Positions 59,095-64,000 of a stretch of DNA of 64,000 nt are shown here, in pieces. The number at the start of each line of letters is the position of its first letter. Position 1 is the stretch's first letter. Made by a program: the position numbers and the translations under genes. Source of the DNA: Candidatus Zhuqueibacterota bacterium (GTDB lineage: Bacteria > Zhuqueibacterota > JdFR-76 > DREG01); the NCBI GenBank assembly GCA_022566355.1, contig JADFJB010000001.1, positions 234 to 64,233 of the forward strand, given 5' to 3'. The notes beneath the pieces were generated by a model, which worked only from the letters and a program-made list of their open reading frames with translations, made no database searches and had not been told where the DNA came from.

Positions 59095-59859
59095 TTGAGT
59101 TTTATCATGTCTGAGAAAAAAGAAACCGTAATTTCGGAACCAGCTTTGGAATTTGTTTCCTACTATCAAAAAGAAATGCGTCGAAACATAGCAGATATCC
59201 GTAAGTTGATTTCTGATGTTGAGAACCAGGAGGATACCGAAAATTTACTTCAAGAAATAAAAAAAAGTGGACTGGCCATGAGTGATCTGGCAATGGTCTA
59301 CGGTTTTGAGAGTGAAGAAGTAATTGGACGAACGATCGTAATGATGGTGGATACGCACGATAAAGAAAATGATTCGGAAAAACTAATCTCAAATTTAATA
59401 GATTCTGTAAAAGCTGCGGAAGCCGTATTACTGGTCAGCGAGAAAGAAAAGGAAAAAGATGGGAATAAAATAATCAAATACAATGCCGAAGAAGATTCTG
59501 TAACGATTAGCAGCGAAGAAGTTGACGAAGGGGATGAGAATGGGCTTATATTTGATATTAAAGAAGATGAGGGATTGATCTCTCTCATAAAAGGAGAATA
59601 CTCGATAACAACGTCGACAATCAAATCTACAAATTTTGAAGATGGAGTTGCTGAGAATTCATTTTTGCCGAAAGATCAAAATCGATCTTTGAAATTTGAT
59701 ATTCCTGAAGAAGATGATTCCAGCTCTGAAATTCAGAGTTCTTTTACTGAGCTGGACGATGTTTTGGAGATTAATTTTGTCGAAAAGCCGGTAGTTACCC
59801 AAAAAGAACAAAAGAGTATTTTTAAGAAAATTACCGACTTATTTAGTTCAAAAAATTAA
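59095..59859 (+). CDS. acidic hypothetical protein
   Basis: 254 aa, starts 3 bp after the ftsZ-like stop. Contains LLQEIKKSGLAMSDLAMVYGFESEEVIGRTIVMMVD, similar to the motif in the FtsZ C-terminal extension and the 966-aa protein. Confidence 0.5.
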   Translation: MSFIMSEKKETVISEPALEFVSYYQKEMRRNIADIRKLISDVENQEDTENLLQEIKKSGLAMSDLAMVYGFESEEVIGRTIVMMVDTHDKENDSEKLISNLIDSVKAAEAVLLVSEKEKEKDGNKIIKYNAEEDSVTISSEEVDEGDENGLIFDIKEDEGLISLIKGEYSITTSTIKSTNFEDGVAENSFLPKDQNRSLKFDIPEEDDSSSEIQSSFTELDDVLEINFVEKPVVTQKEQKSIFKKITDLFSSKN

Positions 59860-60004
59860 GAAGCCAGTAATTTATATCCTGCTTATTTGCCAACCTTATC
59901 CTTTCTTTTTGTCTCTTATTTCAAATTTATTCAAAACTTGCCGAATAATAAACTAAGGCTTCCGTTGGTTGCCATAAAACTAGTTCTGTACTGGAAAGAG
60001 GAAA

Positions 60005-60769
60005 GTGAAATCTAATTTAGAAAAACAGGATCTGGTTGTTGAAGATGAAATTCCGGGTCAAATAAAGAATAACCAAAAGCATTTTTTGCTGTTCAAAGAA
60101 AAAATGGCCAGTCTGGAACAACTTGCCGCAGGGATTGCTCACGAATTACGAAATCCTCTAAGCATCATCGGGACTTCCGTTTATTATCTCAACAAAGTTC
60201 TGGAGAATCATCCGGAAGTGCGTGTCCACGAACATTTAACTATCATGCAGGTCGAAATCATACGATCACAACGAATCATTAACAATTTGCTGGATTTTTC
60301 CCAGAGGACAAGTACGGAACGTGAAAGTGCCGACGTTAACAAAATTATTCGGCAAACCCTCTCATTGATAGAGAAAAATCTATTGTACCAGGAAATAGAA
60401 TTAGAATCAAATTTGGAGCATGGTCCTCTCTGTTTTATCAATGTTAGTGAGATAAAACAAGTTCTACTCAATATATTTATGAATGCTATGGAGGCTATGC
60501 CAAGCGGTGGATGTTTGACAATCCACACTTATGTCAAAGAAAAAAATTACTTAGCTGTTGATATCACCGACACAGGGATTGGCATCGAACAGGAAGATTT
60601 GAAAAAAATTTTTGAACCGTTTTTTTCATCAAAATTAGATCAAAATGGAATTGGTCTGGGGTTATCACTGGTAGACGCAAGCATTTCCAGGAATCACGGC
60701 GAAATACATATTACATCAGAAATAGGAAAAGGTACAAAGGTATCCATAGTGTTACCTATTTCATCTTAA
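60005..60769 (+). CDS. cytoplasmic sensor histidine kinase (HisKA + HATPase_c, no sensor/TM domain)
   Basis: H-box LAAGIAHELRNPLSII. N box NIFMNAMEA. G1/G2 DTGIGIE...GIGLGLSLV. Confidence 0.85.
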   Translation: MKSNLEKQDLVVEDEIPGQIKNNQKHFLLFKEKMASLEQLAAGIAHELRNPLSIIGTSVYYLNKVLENHPEVRVHEHLTIMQVEIIRSQRIINNLLDFSQRTSTERESADVNKIIRQTLSLIEKNLLYQEIELESNLEHGPLCFINVSEIKQVLLNIFMNAMEAMPSGGCLTIHTYVKEKNYLAVDITDTGIGIEQEDLKKIFEPFFSSKLDQNGIGLGLSLVDASISRNHGEIHITSEIGKGTKVSIVLPISS

Positions 60770-60776
60770 ATTAAAT

Positions 60777-62123
60777 ATGAAATATCAAAAAGAAAAAATA
60801 TTAATCGTTGATGATGAACCGAATTTTTTGCGGGCATTACGCGATACCCTTGAGTTGGAATCATTTGAGATTTTCACAAGCCTTTCTGCCCTGGAAGCTC
60901 TACCGATTTTACATGAAAATAGAATTGATGCTGTTATTACTGATTTACGTATGCCCAAAATGAGCGGAATTGAACTGCTGCGTGAAATAAAACAAAAATG
61001 GCCTGGCGTAATCGTATTCATATTAACCGGTTACGGTTCTATTCAACATGCTGTCGACTGCATGAAGCTTGGTGCGGAAAATTATATTTTGAAGCCGATC
61101 AACATCATGGATCTAATAAGCAATTTAAAAACAGCGCTGATGAAATCTTCTGAGACAGAGAAGAAAAACGCAGGCAACACTGCTGATATGGACTTTCCAT
61201 TCATTGGCCAGTCAAGTGCCACTATAGAGACAAGAGAATTGGTAAAGAAAATTGCGCATTCCGAACTTTCAGTAGTAATCAAAGGCGAAAGCGGAACAGG
61301 TAAAGAGCTGATCGCAAATGCTATTTATCAGTACAGTAATCGTAAGAATAAGCCATTTCTTAAAATTAATTGTGCCGCCCTGCCACTTCATTTATTAGAA
61401 AGTGAATTATTTGGCTATGAGCCAGGTGCTTTTACGGATGCAAAAAAACTAAAGCGTGGAAAGCTGGAAATCGCTCATCAAGGCACTTTGTTTTTAGATG
61501 AGATTGGCGATATGCCAATCGAAATGCAGGCAAAATTACTTCGTGTTTTGGAAGAGCACGTTGTGGAAAGGCTTGGTGGTAATCAATTGATTCAAACGGA
61601 CTTTCGTCTGATTTCAGCGACCAATCAAAACCTGGAATTGTGTATCAAAAATGGTGAATTTCGCAATGACCTTTATTTCCGATTAAATACAATGCAAATC
61701 AATTTAAAGCCTTTACGTGAGATTAGAGAAGATATTCAATTGATCAGTAATTATTTTGTCCAACGATATTCAATTGAGCAGAAAATTAATCAGCCATCAA
61801 TACATTCAAAAACGATGGAAATTTTTTTATCTTACCATTGGCCTGGAAATGTGCGTGAGCTGAGGAATGTGATCCAAAGATCGGTGGTACTATGCGATGG
61901 TAAAGATATTCTTCCGGAACACCTTCCTGATCACATGCATTGGCATGAGTATAATGACGTTGAAATTGACTCGACATCCCTTTTGTCTCTTGAAGATATG
62001 GAAAGGGAGCATATTCAAAAAGTTATGCAAATCGCTTCCGGTAACAAAAATCGAACCGCGGCCCTCTTAAAAATCCATCGTGATACACTTTATAGAAAAT
62101 TGCGGAAATACGAATTGGATTAA
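60777..62123 (+). CDS. sigma54-dependent response regulator (NtrC family: REC + AAA+ + Fis HTH)
   Basis: REC (ILIVDDEPNFL..DAVITDLRMPKMSG). AAA+ GESGTGKE and GAFTDA (GAFTGA variant). HWPGNVREL. C-terminal HTH TAALLKIHRDTLYRKLRKY. Confidence 0.9.
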   Translation: MKYQKEKILIVDDEPNFLRALRDTLELESFEIFTSLSALEALPILHENRIDAVITDLRMPKMSGIELLREIKQKWPGVIVFILTGYGSIQHAVDCMKLGAENYILKPINIMDLISNLKTALMKSSETEKKNAGNTADMDFPFIGQSSATIETRELVKKIAHSELSVVIKGESGTGKELIANAIYQYSNRKNKPFLKINCAALPLHLLESELFGYEPGAFTDAKKLKRGKLEIAHQGTLFLDEIGDMPIEMQAKLLRVLEEHVVERLGGNQLIQTDFRLISATNQNLELCIKNGEFRNDLYFRLNTMQINLKPLREIREDIQLISNYFVQRYSIEQKINQPSIHSKTMEIFLSYHWPGNVRELRNVIQRSVVLCDGKDILPEHLPDHMHWHEYNDVEIDSTSLLSLEDMEREHIQKVMQIASGNKNRTAALLKIHRDTLYRKLRKYELD

Positions 62124-62404
62124 AACGCTAACCAAACACACCTCCATGAAATAAAATTCCATTCTAGACTTTCATTATGTCGTGTTTTACATAATTTGAA
62201 GACGATATGTAGAAATAGTCTAAATCTAATAAAGTCAAAATGTTATCTTCTTTATAACATGTCTATTGTCGTAATTTACGACTTCATACCGAATTCCTTT
62301 TTTTGTCATTTTCATTAAAACGCTACATCAATAAATCCCTATAAACTATTAAATAACAAGTGGTTATTGCTATATTTATTCCGGTTCGATAAGCGATTAG
62401 TTTG

Positions 62405-62421
62405 TTTGGAACAAGACTTGC
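62405..62421 (+). promoter_or_regulatory. sigma54-type promoter upstream of wza-like gene
   Basis: tTGGAAC-aagac-TTGCT has GG/GC spacing identical to the consensus. ~68 bp upstream of ATG 62489. Confidence 0.45.
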
Positions 62422-62488
62422 TAAAATAGTTTCGAAACGAATTACGGTAAATCTTCAACTAGAACTTTAATAGGGAAGATAGAAAATT

Positions 62489-63229
62489 TTGGCAAAGAAA
62501 TATACGGTAAAAATTTTATTAATTTTCTGCTTAATATCAAGTCTCCTGTTTGGATGTTCTAACAGAGTTGGAATTAAACAGCCGCAACAAAGTTATGGAA
62601 ATGGATCTAGCAGTCAATCTGTTGAAAATCAACCAGTTGTTCCTGCGGAATATCTATTAGGTTTTGGTGATGAAATAGAAGTCAGATTTTTCAACAATGC
62701 ACGATTCAATGAAACTATTACAGTACGGCCTGATGGTCGAATTACATTGGAAAAAGTTGGCGACATTTATGTATCTGGAATGACCCCTAGTGGCTTGGAC
62801 AGTATAATTACAAAATCCTATTCAGATTTGTTAATCAACCCGGAAGTAACGATATTCGTTCGACAGTTCGGGGGGTATAATGTTTATCTACTAGGAGAAG
62901 TGAACGAACCAGGGGGTTATCCAATAACGCGCAATATGACAATTTTACAGGCAATTGCGCAAGCCGGTGGAGCCAAGGATAGCGCCAAGCTAAAGAGTGT
63001 AATGATATTGCGATTAGGTCAGGATGAGCAAATCGAAGCCATTAAAGTCAACTTAAAAGAACTATTAAAAGGTGCAAACATTCCAAACCAGTATTACTTG
63101 CGCCCACAAGATATTGTTTATGTTCCAAAAACATTTATTGCGGGAATTAGCTCATTTCTTAAACAAGTCTATGATGGAGCGTTTCCGCCTGTTGATATTT
63201 ATTTGAGAGTATTATTCTGGACCAAATGA
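62489..63229 (+). CDS. wza: polysaccharide export outer-membrane protein (Wza-like, SLBB domain)
   Basis: Lipoprotein-like N-terminus (LISSLLFGCS). Poly_export motif GDEIEVRFFNN...ITVRPDGRITLEKVGDIYVSGMTPSGL and SLBB YNVYLLGEVNEPGGYPI...TILQAIAQAGG. Confidence 0.8.
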   Translation: MAKKYTVKILLIFCLISSLLFGCSNRVGIKQPQQSYGNGSSSQSVENQPVVPAEYLLGFGDEIEVRFFNNARFNETITVRPDGRITLEKVGDIYVSGMTPSGLDSIITKSYSDLLINPEVTIFVRQFGGYNVYLLGEVNEPGGYPITRNMTILQAIAQAGGAKDSAKLKSVMILRLGQDEQIEAIKVNLKELLKGANIPNQYYLRPQDIVYVPKTFIAGISSFLKQVYDGAFPPVDIYLRVLFWTK

Positions 63230-63375
63230 AGCTTGTTTTACAAGATTCTTAAAGTCTGAACAAAACATAATTCACAACGCCAAGGAATCTCATTTTATAA
63301 TTTGGGACTGACTTGGCGGAGCTGTATTTAAATAAATTAAAACTAAATCAATAATTCCCGGAGTAAAAAAACTAA

Positions 63376-64000
63376 ATGTTTAGTGAATCAAAATACGAAA
63401 ACTCATTTTCCTTAAGAAATTTATTCATGGTCATATTTAAACGAAAATTGACATTACTGGTCGTTTTTCTGTCTGTCGTTGCAATTGGATCTATTGTCAG
63501 TTATTTATTGCCAAGAATATACCAGGCAAAAGCAACAATTTTAATTAAAGATGATACCGAAGACGAAAAGGCCATTTTATTCAAAAATAGTGCTTATAGA
63601 GGAATCGGGCAATTTGATTGGGTAAATTCTGAGGTGGAAATTCTTAGAAGTTACCCAGTTGCAGAACGTGTGGTTCAAGAACTGCAATTATCTCAGGTTT
63701 ATTTTAAAAATCATTCAAATAAACCTAACATTGATAAAATTATTTTTGCTAAAACGGTAATAAGAGTGAGGGAAAAATTTAGAGTTGATGTCCCTCGTAA
63801 TAGTAATGTTTTGGAAATTAGCTATAAAACGAAAGATCCACTGCTTGCTGCCGAAGTTGTTAAATCGTTTATAAATACCTACAAAACTTATCGTTCTGAA
63901 ATATCAGAACAGTCTGAAACTCACCAATTTTTTGAGGAACAACTAAAGATTGAAAACGACAAACTCCAGAAATTGGAAAGGCAGCAATCTGCATATAAAA
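63376..64000 (+). CDS. polysaccharide chain-length determinant (Wzz/GumC-like), N-terminal part (runs off window end)
   Basis: ATG 63376. TM near N-terminus (LTLLVVFLSVVAIGSIVSYLLP). YQAKATILIK... Wzz-type periplasmic coiled region. Open to 64000. Confidence 0.7.
   Translation, partial: MFSESKYENSFSLRNLFMVIFKRKLTLLVVFLSVVAIGSIVSYLLPRIYQAKATILIKDDTEDEKAILFKNSAYRGIGQFDWVNSEVEILRSYPVAERVVQELQLSQVYFKNHSNKPNIDKIIFAKTVIRVREKFRVDVPRNSNVLEISYKTKDPLLAAEVVKSFINTYKTYRSEISEQSETHQFFEEQLKIENDKLQKLERQQSAYK

Noticed and set aside
1-64000. Scan of all non-coding gaps for tRNA/rRNA (T-loop GGTTCGA/GTTCAAA, anticodon stems) and for integrase/transposase genes marking mobile elements.
   Set aside because: No cloverleaf-compatible sequence was found in intergenic regions; the only GGTTCGAA lies inside the czcA-like coding region. 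No transposase/integrase ORFs are present, so the accessory stretches are described as AT-rich islets rather than defined mobile elements.

Overview
This 64-kb window is from a low-GC (~40%), densely coding bacterial chromosome. The lineage cannot be placed from sequence alone. The first ~38 kb is almost entirely on the minus strand. From start to end the window holds: a metal-resistance island with a czcCBA-like HME-RND operon plus a His/Glu-rich accessory protein; a Cu P-type ATPase (copA); DUF302, YqaA and DUF2231 proteins; a cusCBA-like operon whose CusA is very close to E. coli CusA; a DUF2207 protein and tex; an AT-rich segment with two directly repeated, frame-disrupted STAS-domain genes flanking a membrane protein; an operon of PCP_red-domain proteins around an Mrp/NBP35 ATPase, interrupted by a four-helix-bundle pseudogene; a mazEF-like TA pair and a ComEA-like HhH protein; a TetR + NodT/MFP/RND multidrug operon on the plus strand, abutting a decayed terC; an OsmC-family gene with an in-frame TGA exactly at the catalytic Cys position (candidate selenoprotein); a D-2-hydroxyacid dehydrogenase and an S9 peptidase. 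The last ~10 kb is a plus-strand cluster: sigma54-type promoter -> REC-DUF4388, ParA-like ATPase, lytic transglycosylase, 966-aa acidic repeat protein, FtsZ paralog with a 250-aa acidic C-terminal extension, acidic protein, cytoplasmic HK, sigma54-dependent RR, then sigma54-promoted Wza/Wzz polysaccharide-export genes. A mosaic family of structured ~110-190-bp intergenic repeats occurs four times. TGA is a normal stop here (several genes end in TGA). No rRNA, tRNA or CRISPR array was found.
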